A DNA stretch of 64,000 nt from contig JAFUKG010000032.1 of the NCBI GenBank assembly GCA_017467865.1, positions 53,521 to 117,520 on the forward strand, read 5' to 3'. This document shows, piece after piece, positions 54,796-64,000 of this stretch. The notes under the pieces are model-generated. The model was not told the origin of the DNA, did not search any database, and worked only from the letters and a program-made list of their open reading frames with translations. The stretch comes from Clostridia bacterium. Its GTDB lineage: Bacteria; Bacillota; Clostridia; Oscillospirales; SIG627. Every line of letters begins with the position of its first letter. The first letter of the stretch is position 1. A program made the position numbers and the translations under genes.

Positions 54796-56734
54796 AATGT
54801 TTATATACTTTTGCTATGATTAAACCTATTATGAGAACTGAAAAAGATACTATAAGCCATAGCCCTTCACCGCTTTGGGAATTATTCATTTCATCAGCAT
54901 TCACGTTAAAGCTATTAAAACTGCGCTTTTGTGTCTGTTCTCTATCTGTGAAGGGTTGTTTTGTGCTTTGCTCAGGATCTTCGGTGTCGGAGTTTTTTTC
55001 AAAGCTGGGTTCCACCCCGATATTTTCCATATCTTGTGAGACGTTGGCGTTTTGCGGTGAGGTGAAATCTTTACTTTTATCAAAATTGTTTTCTGTGCTC
55101 TCGGTATTCTTATTTCTATCGTTAAGACCCATACCCATAGAGCCCATGTTTGAAATATTTAACGAAGAAGCGTCCGAGTAGTTGGTGTTGTTTGTAGTTT
55201 CACCGTTTTCAAGCTGTAAGGCGATGCTGTTGGAACGAAGAGAGCAGAATTGACGCAGAGCCTCTACACCGTTTTCAAATTCTTCGTAGGTGTAGAATGC
55301 TGTGGGATCCCTTTCTACGTATGATTTGATAAGGTTATACGCATCGTTGATTATGCCCTGAACGTCAACTGTGTTCAGAAATTCAGTAAAATACCTATGA
55401 TATTGCTGGGTATATTCTTCGTTTTGTACTATCCAGTTCCACATGGGGCGATCCTCGCCGTTTGCGTTGGAAACGGGAGAATCTATGGGAGTATTGACTG
55501 TGCTTTGACCGTTACCGCCTTGGAAGGTGCCATATGCAAGATTGTAATCCCAAGGAATCATGGCCATTTTTCCGTCTTCCTCATACAGATAGTAGTTATG
55601 AATCATTGAGCCTGTGTAGCTATCACCGTTGCAAACGTAGTTGTGAACAACGAAATAGCGCATGACCTTTTCGACGTCTACAACAGATTCTATCTGATCG
55701 CCCTCAGATAGCTTTTTCAGGGACTCAATGAGCCTTATTTGGTCGGCTTCTGTAACGTCGGTTTTGGCGTTGTTCCAAATGTTTGAGTAGCTGGAGATAT
55801 TATCGTCTACGTATTGAAGTTTTACGTCTGAAGAGCCCATCCCTCCAAATCCGCCTTTTCCTCCGAAGGAAAATCTATCGCCGTTTTCAGAATTGGACTC
55901 TCCTTGTGTCATATCGGGTATCTGCGGTGCATTGCCCTGCATCTGAGAGGGATCGAAGCTACTCATAGCAGGCACGTTTGCGCTGAACGTTGAGGAAGGG
56001 TCAAAGCTTTCTCTGTCCGGCATAGGCATACCTTGCTCGGAGTCGATGGCTGGCTTTTCGTTATTTACAAAATCTTCTATGTTAAAGTCCTTGCCGTTGC
56101 CCCGTCCACCGCCAAACCCTGTGCTGTCGGGCTTATACAGTTCTCCGTAGCTTGTTCCATAATTACGTTCAAGAAAGCTGTCCTCAACACCTTCCACTGC
56201 AAGATACAGTCCCCAATCCTCACCGTTGACGGTGATGTACGCAAAACTGCAAAGGGGAGATGCGGCATCAAACTCGTTCATCATGGTGTAGGTCAGATAG
56301 TCCTTCATCATGGTGGCGTCTTGTATCAAATTATTGAGAGCCAGCTTGTCAAGTCCGTGATAGGTGATAGAGCTGTCATAGTGGTCGAATTCCACCTTGA
56401 AGCTGTATCGGTCACTGTTCATAGAGGCGACGTTGGAAAGAGAAGTGTTGCCTTTACCGCGTATGGCGACGTTTTTATATGCCTCACCGTCTATCACTAC
56501 GGTGGCGGTGTAGTATTCCTCGCTTGACGCGTTATCAATAAACTCTTCCCAATTGTTCATTACAATATCAATGGTGTGCACCCTTGTATTGTCAAACAGA
56601 CGGTTTTCGTATCCCATAGTACTTGCCATAACCTCAATGCCAAGAGCCGGACCGTTCATAAACAAAATGGTGATGATTAGTATTATGGCTGTGACAGACC
56701 ACGCTATCTTGTCAAAATACTTACTTTCTGACAT
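54794..56734 (-). CDS. CotH kinase-family protein, membrane anchored at both ends
   Basis: HTIDIVMNNWEEF..YYTATVVIDGEAYKNVAIRGKGNTS..RYSFKVEFDHYD..LDKLALNNLIQDATMMKDYL.. is typical of CotH. There is an N-terminal signal-anchor, a low-complexity region, and a C-terminal TM helix (LWLIVSFSVLIIGLIIAKVY). Confidence 0.85.
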   Translation of the reverse strand: MSESKYFDKIAWSVTAIILIITILFMNGPALGIEVMASTMGYENRLFDNTRVHTIDIVMNNWEEFIDNASSEEYYTATVVIDGEAYKNVAIRGKGNTSLSNVASMNSDRYSFKVEFDHYDSSITYHGLDKLALNNLIQDATMMKDYLTYTMMNEFDAASPLCSFAYITVNGEDWGLYLAVEGVEDSFLERNYGTSYGELYKPDSTGFGGGRGNGKDFNIEDFVNNEKPAIDSEQGMPMPDRESFDPSSTFSANVPAMSSFDPSQMQGNAPQIPDMTQGESNSENGDRFSFGGKGGFGGMGSSDVKLQYVDDNISSYSNIWNNAKTDVTEADQIRLIESLKKLSEGDQIESVVDVEKVMRYFVVHNYVCNGDSYTGSMIHNYYLYEEDGKMAMIPWDYNLAYGTFQGGNGQSTVNTPIDSPVSNANGEDRPMWNWIVQNEEYTQQYHRYFTEFLNTVDVQGIINDAYNLIKSYVERDPTAFYTYEEFENGVEALRQFCSLRSNSIALQLENGETTNNTNYSDASSLNISNMGSMGMGLNDRNKNTESTENNFDKSKDFTSPQNANVSQDMENIGVEPSFEKNSDTEDPEQSTKQPFTDREQTQKRSFNSFNVNADEMNNSQSGEGLWLIVSFSVLIIGLIIAKVYKH

Positions 56735-56740
56735 ATGCTT

Positions 56741-57412
56741 TTACCCCATATAATCGCCGTTATAGGAGACGATTACTGCACTGTTTACTCCCGTCATTTC
56801 GGAAAGAACGTTGATGAAATCTGTGTCGTCTTTCTTCAGGCGGACTTCGATATTTATTTCAATAGCGCCCTTGACGGCAGATTTGCTCTTGAGTGTTGTG
56901 CGGGCTGTATTTTTTTCTATAAAGTCTCTTGCCTTGACTTCCGCATCGTGATTTTCACAGCTCAGCACTATCATGTAAGGTCGGGTATGGGATTTCTTAT
57001 TTACAAAAATAAGAAGGATTATACCGATTGATACGCTTCCGATTATAGCAAGAGGAATCATACCTGCTGCCAGGATAATACCTACACCGATAGACCAAAA
57101 TAAAAATGCAATATCAAGGGGCTCCTTAATGGCAGTACGGAAACGAACGATAGAGAGTGCACCCACCATACCCAACGAGAGAACCACGTTGGAGGTTACG
57201 GCGAGAATGACGATAGACGTAATCATAGTAAGAGCGATGAGCGTAGTTCCGAAGCCTGCGGAATACATCACACCGCGGTAGGTTTTCTTATAAACGAGGA
57301 AGATGAAAAGACCGATGCCGAAGGATAGCACAACGGTCAGCAGCATATCAAGTAGATTGACGGAGGATACGTTTTCGAGAAAGCTTGATTTAAAAATATC
57401 GTTAAAATTCAT
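56741..57412 (-). CDS. DUF4956 domain membrane protein
   Basis: ALSIVRFRTAIKEPLDIAFLFWSIGVGI is the hallmark motif. There are four to five TM segments followed by a C-terminal soluble domain. Confidence 0.8.
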   Translation of the reverse strand: MNFNDIFKSSFLENVSSVNLLDMLLTVVLSFGIGLFIFLVYKKTYRGVMYSAGFGTTLIALTMITSIVILAVTSNVVLSLGMVGALSIVRFRTAIKEPLDIAFLFWSIGVGIILAAGMIPLAIIGSVSIGIILLIFVNKKSHTRPYMIVLSCENHDAEVKARDFIEKNTARTTLKSKSAVKGAIEINIEVRLKKDDTDFINVLSEMTGVNSAVIVSYNGDYMG

Positions 57413-57447
57413 AGTTGGATTTACTCCTTTGTTTTATTTGTTGTTAC

Positions 57448-58119
57448 TTAGTCATACATACGGCAGGCGGCATATTTGGAAAAAGCCGCGCTGTGTCTGC
57501 CCTCAAGCTGCACTGCATCCCGAATGACGTCGGGCAGAAAGCTATCCCACTTTACTTCAAGGATGCAAGGGGACTCCTTTATGGGAACGGTGACACAATT
57601 GGGATTGAGAAAATCCGTGCAGCTCATACTTGTACGAATACCGTAATCCAGTGTTATACGGACGTTTCCCGGTGCGAATATAAAGGGCTCGCGGGTATAG
57701 TCCACAATGACCTTAGCTTTAAGCCCTTCGTTACGAAGGTGAAGGTAAAAGCCGAGAAGCGCTTCGTTGTTACTGCGAGCCATCCATTCTACGTCTCCGT
57801 CGGCAATAGCCTGCGCCTCTTTCGGGGACAGGGAGACAGAGCTTTTATATCCAAGACCGCCATGCTTGAATTTTCGCTCCAAATGAATTACCGAGGGGTC
57901 GTTGTTATACAGTCGGATGCGGTATTTTTCACGTATATTTACGCCGTCGAGCTTTTCCCTCAGCGCCTTGTCGTCAAGGGTGTCAAAATACAAGCTTCGT
58001 ATTTCATATTTCCCGTTTACAGCATGGGGGTCAGAGCTCATTACCGCCTTCAGCCTTTGACGCAGAATAAGCATATCCGCTTCATTTATTTCATGCTTTA
58101 CTTCATGTCTGAATTGCAA
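57448..58119 (-). CDS. VTC-domain (polyphosphate polymerase / CYTH-like tunnel fold) protein
   Basis: The start is a TTG at 58119, after the RBS AAAGGAGGA. FRHEVKHEI..YEIRSLYFDT..REKYRIRLYN..IHLERKFK matches the strand pattern of the bacterial VTC domain. Confidence 0.8.
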   Translation of the reverse strand: MQFRHEVKHEINEADMLILRQRLKAVMSSDPHAVNGKYEIRSLYFDTLDDKALREKLDGVNIREKYRIRLYNNDPSVIHLERKFKHGGLGYKSSVSLSPKEAQAIADGDVEWMARSNNEALLGFYLHLRNEGLKAKVIVDYTREPFIFAPGNVRITLDYGIRTSMSCTDFLNPNCVTVPIKESPCILEVKWDSFLPDVIRDAVQLEGRHSAAFSKYAACRMYD

Positions 58120-58179
58120 AACAGTATTCCTCCTTTCTATGGAAGTTATTATACTTTCCTTACCTATGAATTACATTAG

Positions 58180-58216
58180 AAAAACCTTCCCTTGTGTGAA
58201 CGAACAGGGGAAGGTT
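58180..58216 (-). terminator. Terminator-like hairpin between the kinase gene and the VTC gene
   Basis: On the minus strand, aaccttccc-(16 nt)-gggaaggtt is followed by tttttc. The short T-run suggests partial termination. Confidence 0.5.
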
Positions 58217-58236
58217 TGTGAATATTTATTGAAATA

Positions 58237-59457
58237 TTAGATTTTTGCCGTAAATCGAATAGTGTTGGGTGAAGAATATTCTGCTATCAGCTTACCGCCG
58301 AAGCTCTCACAGATAGCACGTGCGGCGGATAACCCGATTCCATAGCCAGAGGAATCCTTTTTTTGAGTTCGGGCAAAATCCCCTCTGTAAAACCGTTCAA
58401 ACAGCCTTTCGGGGATTGGCTGGGGAGTTGGATCGCAGGTGTTTTCTTCGACAATGCGCACGTGTTTGCCCTCCGTCAGGAGTGACAAACTGATATATCC
58501 GTCGTCGGGCGTGTATTTTAGGGCGTTATCAAGAAGGATAGTCAGCATTTGGGCAAAACTGTCCTTGTTAGTCTGAATGATAACGTCGGGCTCGATATGC
58601 ACACAAAAATGCAGCTTCCTTGTTTGAGCATCTTCCATATAAACGGGGAGCATTTCGTTTGTAAGCTCACTGATATTCACGCGCTCTGTGGGCAGGGGGA
58701 TTTCTTCATCGAGTCTGGCAAGGGTGAGAAGGTTTGACATCAGCACGTTTAACCTCTTGGTTTGACTGCGGATGTGCAAATTATACTTGTTTTCACCGTG
58801 GATAAGTGCCATTGTATCGTTGTTCGATTGAATGATTGCAAGGGGTGTTTTCATTTCATGCCCTGCGTTTGTGATAAATTGCTTCTGCTTTTCCATTCCC
58901 GCAAGGACAGGGCGTATGACCTTTCCCGAAAGCAGGATAACGATAATCAAGAGGATTCCCCAACACAAAACGGCTATTATGCATGAAGCGGACAAAACCA
59001 TACGAAAGCTCTCGTTTTGCTCCGACGTGTCCATAAAAAACGTGAGTTGAAGAGAATCGGTCTTTTTGACGGCGTATTTATATTCTTTTATTCGTCCGAA
59101 TTCTTTTCCTTTCTTCAGTGCTTTTAAGGCGTAGGACTTTGCGGTCTCTTCATCTATCGAGGATATTTGCTCGGTATTTACGTCAACAACGTTACCGTCT
59201 TCATCGCTACTGACAATAAAAAAACGCGAAGAACGCATTCTGTCCATATTAAGAGGACGGGAAAACGGAGGGGGACGGTCAAAATCCATTTTGTGAAATG
59301 CACCGTCGGCATCCACAAGAGTTTCTAAGACTGCATCGGATTGGCGTTCCAGCATTAGCCAATTAAGAGAGTTGATCGCAAGTACTATGAATATGAGCAG
59401 GCAAGTAACTGCCGTCATAGTGAAAATGACAAACCGTCTTTTTAGAATTCTTGTCAT
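58237..59457 (-). CDS. Sensor histidine kinase (two TM segments, HisKA + HATPase_c)
   Basis: The H-box is FITNAGHEMKTPLAII, the N-box region is DNALKYTP, and the G-box is SGYGIGLSAARAI. A periplasmic loop of about 120 aa lies between the TM helices. Confidence 0.9.
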   Translation of the reverse strand: MTRILKRRFVIFTMTAVTCLLIFIVLAINSLNWLMLERQSDAVLETLVDADGAFHKMDFDRPPPFSRPLNMDRMRSSRFFIVSSDEDGNVVDVNTEQISSIDEETAKSYALKALKKGKEFGRIKEYKYAVKKTDSLQLTFFMDTSEQNESFRMVLSASCIIAVLCWGILLIIVILLSGKVIRPVLAGMEKQKQFITNAGHEMKTPLAIIQSNNDTMALIHGENKYNLHIRSQTKRLNVLMSNLLTLARLDEEIPLPTERVNISELTNEMLPVYMEDAQTRKLHFCVHIEPDVIIQTNKDSFAQMLTILLDNALKYTPDDGYISLSLLTEGKHVRIVEENTCDPTPQPIPERLFERFYRGDFARTQKKDSSGYGIGLSAARAICESFGGKLIAEYSSPNTIRFTAKI

Positions 59458-60134
59458 GGCTTAAGCTCCAATTTATATCCGATATTGCGCTTTGACACAA
59501 TATCCGCCTTAGAACCCATCGCAGAAAGCCTCTTGCGCAGATAAGAAACGTATAGCCATACACTGTTCAGGTCGGTTTCGGCGTTGTAGCCCCAAGCTCT
59601 CATCAAAAGTTCTTCGGTAGACATATATATTGATTGATTGAGCATAAGCTGCTCCAAAAGACGGTACTCTTGCTTTGGCAATTGGAAAGATGCGCCGTTT
59701 ACCTTGATTTCCCCCGTTTGCATATTTAAATTGAGGTCTTCAAAGATAATCAAATCAGAATGGTATTCCTCTCTGCGTCTGAGCATAGCGCGTATTCTGG
59801 CGATTAGCTCCCCCATATCAAACGGCTTTGAAAGATAATCGTCGGCACCGCAGTCCAATCCCTTGATGCGGTCCTCTACTTGAGCTTTTGCCGTCAGTAA
59901 TAACACGGGAGTTGTACAACCGCTTTTGCGCAAGTGGGACAAAACCTCTATGCCGTCAAGTCCCGGCATCATTATATCAAGAATAATTCCGTCATATTTG
60001 TTAACGCTGGCATAATCGTAGGCATCGGAACCGTTGTAAACAGGGTCTACGATATATTTGTGGTAAGTAAGATAGTCAACCACCGCTTCGGAAAGGGCGG
60101 GTTCATCTTCTGCATATAGCAATCTCATTTTCAT
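59454..60134 (-). CDS. OmpR-family response regulator
   Basis: The start is the ATG at 60134, after the RBS AAAGGAGTA. The receiver is LLYAEDEP...ILDIMMPGLDG...LTAK, and the winged-helix output is LEQLMLNQSIY..VSYLRKRL..RNIGYKL. The gene overlaps the kinase start by 4 nt. Confidence 0.9.
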   Translation of the reverse strand: MKMRLLYAEDEPALSEAVVDYLTYHKYIVDPVYNGSDAYDYASVNKYDGIILDIMMPGLDGIEVLSHLRKSGCTTPVLLLTAKAQVEDRIKGLDCGADDYLSKPFDMGELIARIRAMLRRREEYHSDLIIFEDLNLNMQTGEIKVNGASFQLPKQEYRLLEQLMLNQSIYMSTEELLMRAWGYNAETDLNSVWLYVSYLRKRLSAMGSKADIVSKRNIGYKLELKP

Positions 60135-60340
60135 ACTCCTTTCTGAATTCTTTTGTATCATATCATGAGAATGTGACCTCAAAGTAAACAATTATAAAAT
60201 ATAATACTTTATTTAACTAAGATATACCTTTGAATTTTTGCAGTTTTTTAACGTAAAAACAAGCTCTCTGTTTTTGTTAAAAATGACTATTGAAGGCTTT
60301 TTGCCTTTGTGCTATAATGCAGAAAAAAGGAGGGAATATT

Positions 60341-61093
60341 ATGAAGGTAACCTTACAGATAGATTACAAAAAGGCTTTCGACACCGAATATTTGGCATTT
60401 CTCAAGGAAGCGGGATATGACGGCGTAGAGCTTCTTTTGAATGGGGAATTAACGAACCCCGAAAAAGCAAAGAAGAACATAGAGAATGCAGGACTTATCA
60501 TGCCTCAGACGGAGATAGTGAAGGACAACGTTGAAGAGGGACTTCGCGTTTCGGCTCTCTTTGGCGTTAAGTGGGCATGCTTACAGGGAGAAATAAACTA
60601 TGATACCAACCTTATAGTAAAATCAATTCCCCTTGCAGAGAAGTACGGAGTGGGAATTGCTCTTGAAAATCCTGCAAGATACAGTAATTACATAGATGCG
60701 TTTTGCATTTGGGTGGACTCCTTTAAGAGCGAGTGGATAGGCGTTTGCTATAACCCTGCCCACACAAACATTATCGGTAACGATGATTTCGGTCTTAAGA
60801 AGTTTGACTTTGACAGAATTGAAGCCTTGAAAAAGGTAGGAAGCAGAATAAAGATAGCTCATATGAACGACAACAACGGAGACGTGGACCGCAAGATGGC
60901 TCCCACCATTTCCAGCACTCCGTGTTGTATAAAGTGGAAGGAAACCCTTGACGCTTTCTCGGAGGTTAAATTTGACGGTGCCTTCTCGTTGGTGCTTGAT
61001 ATTAACTTCGGAAAGTATGACCTTGAGCGCGACTATCTTAAGTTCGCAGTTAACGTGTCGAAAATTCTACTCGGAAAGGAAGTGGCAAGATGA
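60341..61093 (+). CDS. Sugar phosphate isomerase/epimerase (xylose isomerase-like TIM barrel) family protein
   Basis: The start is the ATG at 60341, after the RBS AAAGGAGGG. AGYDGVEL...ALENPAR...IAHMNDN is the typical metal-ligand pattern. An extended -10 promoter, TGCTATAAT, lies about 30 nt upstream. Confidence 0.7.
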   Translation: MKVTLQIDYKKAFDTEYLAFLKEAGYDGVELLLNGELTNPEKAKKNIENAGLIMPQTEIVKDNVEEGLRVSALFGVKWACLQGEINYDTNLIVKSIPLAEKYGVGIALENPARYSNYIDAFCIWVDSFKSEWIGVCYNPAHTNIIGNDDFGLKKFDFDRIEALKKVGSRIKIAHMNDNNGDVDRKMAPTISSTPCCIKWKETLDAFSEVKFDGAFSLVLDINFGKYDLERDYLKFAVNVSKILLGKEVAR

Positions 61094-61935
61094 AAAAATC
61101 CTTATCAATAAACGACAGAGTGTTCAATAATCTTGACCACCTCAAAGGCTATAAGGCGGCAGGCTTCGACGCTATCGACTACACCTGCGGATGGGGGCAT
61201 CTTTTAAGGGATGATAGGGAAGAGAAGATAGCAAAGGCAAAGGAAAACCTTGCTGAAGCCGGTATCGAGTGCTACTCCATACATATGCCTTGCTACAACA
61301 TCTTCTTACAGCCCGATGAACTGAACGATGCTAAGGAAGAGGAGATAAAGCGCTCCCTTGAAATGGCAGGAAAGCTTGGCGTAAAGTGGTGCGTAATGCA
61401 TCCCATGGGCACAATCGACGACGTGCATACCGCTAAGTGGATTATAGAGAAGAATGCAGAAAACGCAAAGCGCTATCTTGAGATAGCCGAAAAGGCGGGC
61501 ACCGCAATAGCACTTGAAAACGTGCCCCACTTCGGAGACTGCCCTCAGTACGTGTTTATAACTTCAATTGTTGAAAATCACCTTGAGATTGTTGAAAAGG
61601 TTGGCTCACCTAATTTCCAGGTATGCTGGGATTTCGGACACCAACAGCTCAACATCTCGGATGCCGACAAGCTTCAGACCGTCAAGACGGCTGCAAAGTA
61701 TATCAGAGCATTCCACTTCCAGTCAAACTACGGAAATATGGACTGGCACTTTGCTCCCTGCTTTGGCAACGTGGATTGGAAGGATATTGTAAAAACTGTG
61801 TATGACGCAGGATATAACGGAAGCTTTAACTTAGAGGTAGACATAGACAGAGTTCCCGTTGACTGCCTCTTCGAGCATTATAAGCTTTATTCAAGAATGA
61901 TTGACGAAATAGTAAAGGACGCAGGCGTGTGTTAA
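61090..61935 (+). CDS. Sugar phosphate isomerase/epimerase family protein (second, tandem)
   Basis: AGFDAIDY...VMHP...ALENV...WDFGH...FNLEV fits the family. The gene overlaps the upstream stop by 4 nt. Confidence 0.7.
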   Translation: MKKSLSINDRVFNNLDHLKGYKAAGFDAIDYTCGWGHLLRDDREEKIAKAKENLAEAGIECYSIHMPCYNIFLQPDELNDAKEEEIKRSLEMAGKLGVKWCVMHPMGTIDDVHTAKWIIEKNAENAKRYLEIAEKAGTAIALENVPHFGDCPQYVFITSIVENHLEIVEKVGSPNFQVCWDFGHQQLNISDADKLQTVKTAAKYIRAFHFQSNYGNMDWHFAPCFGNVDWKDIVKTVYDAGYNGSFNLEVDIDRVPVDCLFEHYKLYSRMIDEIVKDAGVC

Positions 61936-61962
61936 AAAGGAAGGCGAAAGCCTTCCTTTTTT
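61935..61962 (+). terminator. Intrinsic terminator
   Basis: aaaaggaaggc-gaaa-gccttcctttttt. Confidence 0.8.
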
Positions 61963-62097
61963 GAATGCAGAATTAAGAATGCAGAATGCATTCTTAAAAT
62001 GCAGAATGATGAATGATGAATTGCGGACAATTTTGCTTTGCAAAATTTACAATCAATTTTAATTTCGCTAAAGCGAAATTTTCATTAATTCTTCGTT

Positions 62098-62131
62098 AGA
62101 GGAAATATTTTGAAAAATATTTCCTCTTTTC
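62098..62131 (+). terminator. Second intrinsic terminator hairpin upstream of the rpoB promoter
   Basis: agaggaaatatttt-gaa-aaatatttcctct followed by tttt. Confidence 0.65.
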
Positions 62132-62133
62132 TC

Positions 62134-62162
62134 TTGACAACGTGCAAAACTTGTGATATGAT
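62134..62162 (+). promoter_or_regulatory. SigA-type promoter for rpoB
   Basis: TTGACA at 62134-62139, a 17-nt spacer, then TATGAT at 62157-62162. The leader to the rpoB ATG is about 175 nt. Confidence 0.55.
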
Positions 62163-62345
62163 ACTATACTGCATTAGAATTGCGAAGTATGCCCTTTTTA
62201 CAGAAAATGTAAAAGTAAATTTTTTGAAAACTTTTTCTGAACCTGATGAAAATTTTTCATAAAACAGGCGTTTTCGCATTGTATAAAGCACCATTTTGCG
62301 AAAAAATTCGCTGGATTAAAAAGAAATGGAGTGTGATTTGTTTTA

Positions 62346-64000
62346 ATGGCTGTAGAACTCAATGAAAGAGAACTGAAGTCGGCTGGCCTTAAAAAGAAAC
62401 AGCTCGGAAGAAATATCCGTATGAGCTTTTCTAAGATTGACGAGGCTATCGATATGCCCAACCTCATAGAGGTGCAGAAGAAATCCTATGAGTGGTTTTT
62501 GAAAGAGGGGCTTATGGAGGTACTTCGCGACGTATCTCCTATTGTGGATTACTCGGGTACCCTCTATATTGACTTTGTTGACTTCACAATCGACAATAAT
62601 CCCAAGTATCCCGTAGAGGAATGTAAGGAGCGTGACGTAAACTACGCTTGTCCTCTCAAGGTAAACGTTCGACTGACCAATAAAGCAACCGGAGAAATAA
62701 AAGAGTCGGTTGTTTACATGGGCGACTTCCCCATAATGACCGACAACGGTACGTTTGTTATTAACGGTGCTGAGCGTGTTATCGTTTCTCAGATAGTTCG
62801 TTCACCCGGTATTTACTATGATATCGAAGTTGACAAAATGGATAAGAAGCTCTATTCGGCTACCGTTATCCCTTACAGAGGTGCGTGGCTTGAATATGAA
62901 ACCGACGTCAACGATATATTCTACGTAAGAATAGATAAGAACCGTAAGATACCCGTAACCGTTCTTATCCGCGCTCTTGCCCGTGAATATAGTGAAACTG
63001 CCGACGTTCTTGAAATATTCGGTAATGACACCGTTATTAAGAATACACTTGCAAAGGACCTTATCGACGAGACTGTAAACCGTCTTAAGTCCGAGGGAAA
63101 GACAACAGGTGCGTACGAGGAGTCTCTTAAGGAAATTTACCGTAAGCTCCGTCCCGGTGATCCTCCTCTTGTAGAGAGTGCGGAGAACCTTCTCGCATCC
63201 CTTTTCTTTGACCCCAAGAAATATGATATTTCCGCAGTTGGACGTTACAAGTTCAACAAGAAGCTTGCTGTTTCCCGCCGTGTTGCAGGCAGAACACTTG
63301 CCCGCGACGCAGTTAACCCCTTCACAGGAGAGATAATCTTTGAAAAGGGTGAAAGGCTTGACCGTGCAAAGGGTGAAGCTATGGAATACGCGGGTATTAC
63401 AGAGGTATACGTTGAGGGTACAGACGGAGAGATTAAGATATTCTCCAACGGAATGGTACACCCCGACAAGGTACTTCCCTTTGAGGTTGCATCCATCGGT
63501 ATCACCGAGATGGTTGACCGTGCAACACTCCTTGAAATTCTTGACGAGTGCGAGGGTGAAGAGGCTATTAAGGAAGCAATGCTTCGCCGTCGCGACGAGC
63601 TTATTCCCAAGAGCATTACAAGAGCGGATATTCTTTCTTCCATCAACTATCTTGTATGCCTTTACCACGAAATAGGCACCAAGGATGATATAGACCATCT
63701 TGGTAACAGAAGACTTCGTTCTGTCGGTGAGCTTCTTCAGAACCAGATGAGAATAGGCTTCCTCAGAATGGATAAGATTGTTAAGGAGAGAATGACAATT
63801 CAGGATATTGACTCCGTAACTCCTCAGGCTCTCATTAACATCCGTCCCATTATGTCTGCTATCAAGGACTTCTTCGGTTCATCTCCTCTTTCTCAGTTTA
63901 TGGATCAGGGTAACCCCCTTGGCGAGCTTACTCACAAGAGAAGGCTTTCAGCTCTCGGTCCCGGCGGTTTGTCGAGAGACAGAGCATCCTTCGACGTTCG
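62346..64000 (+). CDS. rpoB: DNA-directed RNA polymerase beta subunit, 5' part (runs off the window end)
   Basis: This gene is absent from the ORF track because it is open at the edge. Hand translation from the ATG at 62346 gives [71 protein letters not shown]..., the conserved RpoB N-terminus. The frame stays open to 64000, and the 298-aa minus ORF 62802..63698 is its shadow. Confidence 0.95.
   Translation, partial: MAVELNERELKSAGLKKKQLGRNIRMSFSKIDEAIDMPNLIEVQKKSYEWFLKEGLMEVLRDVSPIVDYSGTLYIDFVDFTIDNNPKYPVEECKERDVNYACPLKVNVRLTNKATGEIKESVVYMGDFPIMTDNGTFVINGAERVIVSQIVRSPGIYYDIEVDKMDKKLYSATVIPYRGAWLEYETDVNDIFYVRIDKNRKIPVTVLIRALAREYSETADVLEIFGNDTVIKNTLAKDLIDETVNRLKSEGKTTGAYEESLKEIYRKLRPGDPPLVESAENLLASLFFDPKKYDISAVGRYKFNKKLAVSRRVAGRTLARDAVNPFTGEIIFEKGERLDRAKGEAMEYAGITEVYVEGTDGEIKIFSNGMVHPDKVLPFEVASIGITEMVDRATLLEILDECEGEEAIKEAMLRRRDELIPKSITRADILSSINYLVCLYHEIGTKDDIDHLGNRRLRSVGELLQNQMRIGFLRMDKIVKERMTIQDIDSVTPQALINIRPIMSAIKDFFGSSPLSQFMDQGNPLGELTHKRRLSALGPGGLSRDRASFDV

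Noticed and set aside
57415-58179. Plus-strand 254-aa ORF
   Set aside because: It is antisense to the VTC-domain gene, which has a strong RBS and family motifs.
62802-63698. Minus-strand 298-aa ORF (and the 133-aa and 111-aa ORFs nearby)
   Set aside because: They lie entirely inside the rpoB coding frame, which starts at 62346 on the plus strand and has an unmistakable conserved N-terminus. They are shadow ORFs.

Overview
This 64-kb window is chromosomal and looks like a Gram-positive, Clostridia-type (Bacillota) genome. That assignment is an inference from a T-box leader, SigA-type promoters with AGGAGG ribosome-binding sites, CotH and SpoIVFB-like genes, and the overall gene content. I support about 60 protein genes. 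Most are housekeeping: secA, asnB, alr, secD, secF, trmL, prfA, coaE, tmk, mfd and the 5' part of rpoB. There is also one tRNA-Val(UAC), one T-box leader, and many intrinsic terminators and near-consensus promoters. I found no rRNA, CRISPR array, transposase, integrase or phage genes. Two real genes run off the window edges and are therefore missing from the supplied ORF track: a minus-strand HTH-cupin-AMP-ligase fusion at 1..1354 and rpoB at 62346..64000. Many long ORFs in the track are antisense shadows of real genes. The strongest candidates for something undescribed, in order: (1) A five-gene operon at 36460-43652 that combines two sugar-importer-type ABC permeases with an HlyD-like adaptor carrying a coiled coil of about 400 aa, a MacB-periplasmic-domain-only membrane protein and an 813-aa binding lipoprotein, with no ATPase gene. 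(2) A co-oriented block at 54794-60134 of response regulator, histidine kinase, VTC (polyphosphate-polymerase-like) domain protein, DUF4956 membrane protein and membrane-anchored CotH kinase. (3) A locus at 44138-44431 with convergent promoters, a 23-aa hydrophobic peptide behind a terminator/antiterminator leader, and a predicted 3'-overlapping antisense RNA, which resembles a type I toxin-antitoxin locus. (4) A T-box leader controlling a non-canonical target. (5) A Cys/His-rich repeat lipoprotein. (6) An unusual modular family of intergenic repeats built from constant 8-9-mers alternating with variable mini-hairpins, including inverted copies that bracket the Ca-ATPase gene. All functional calls come from motif recognition by eye. 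No database search was run.
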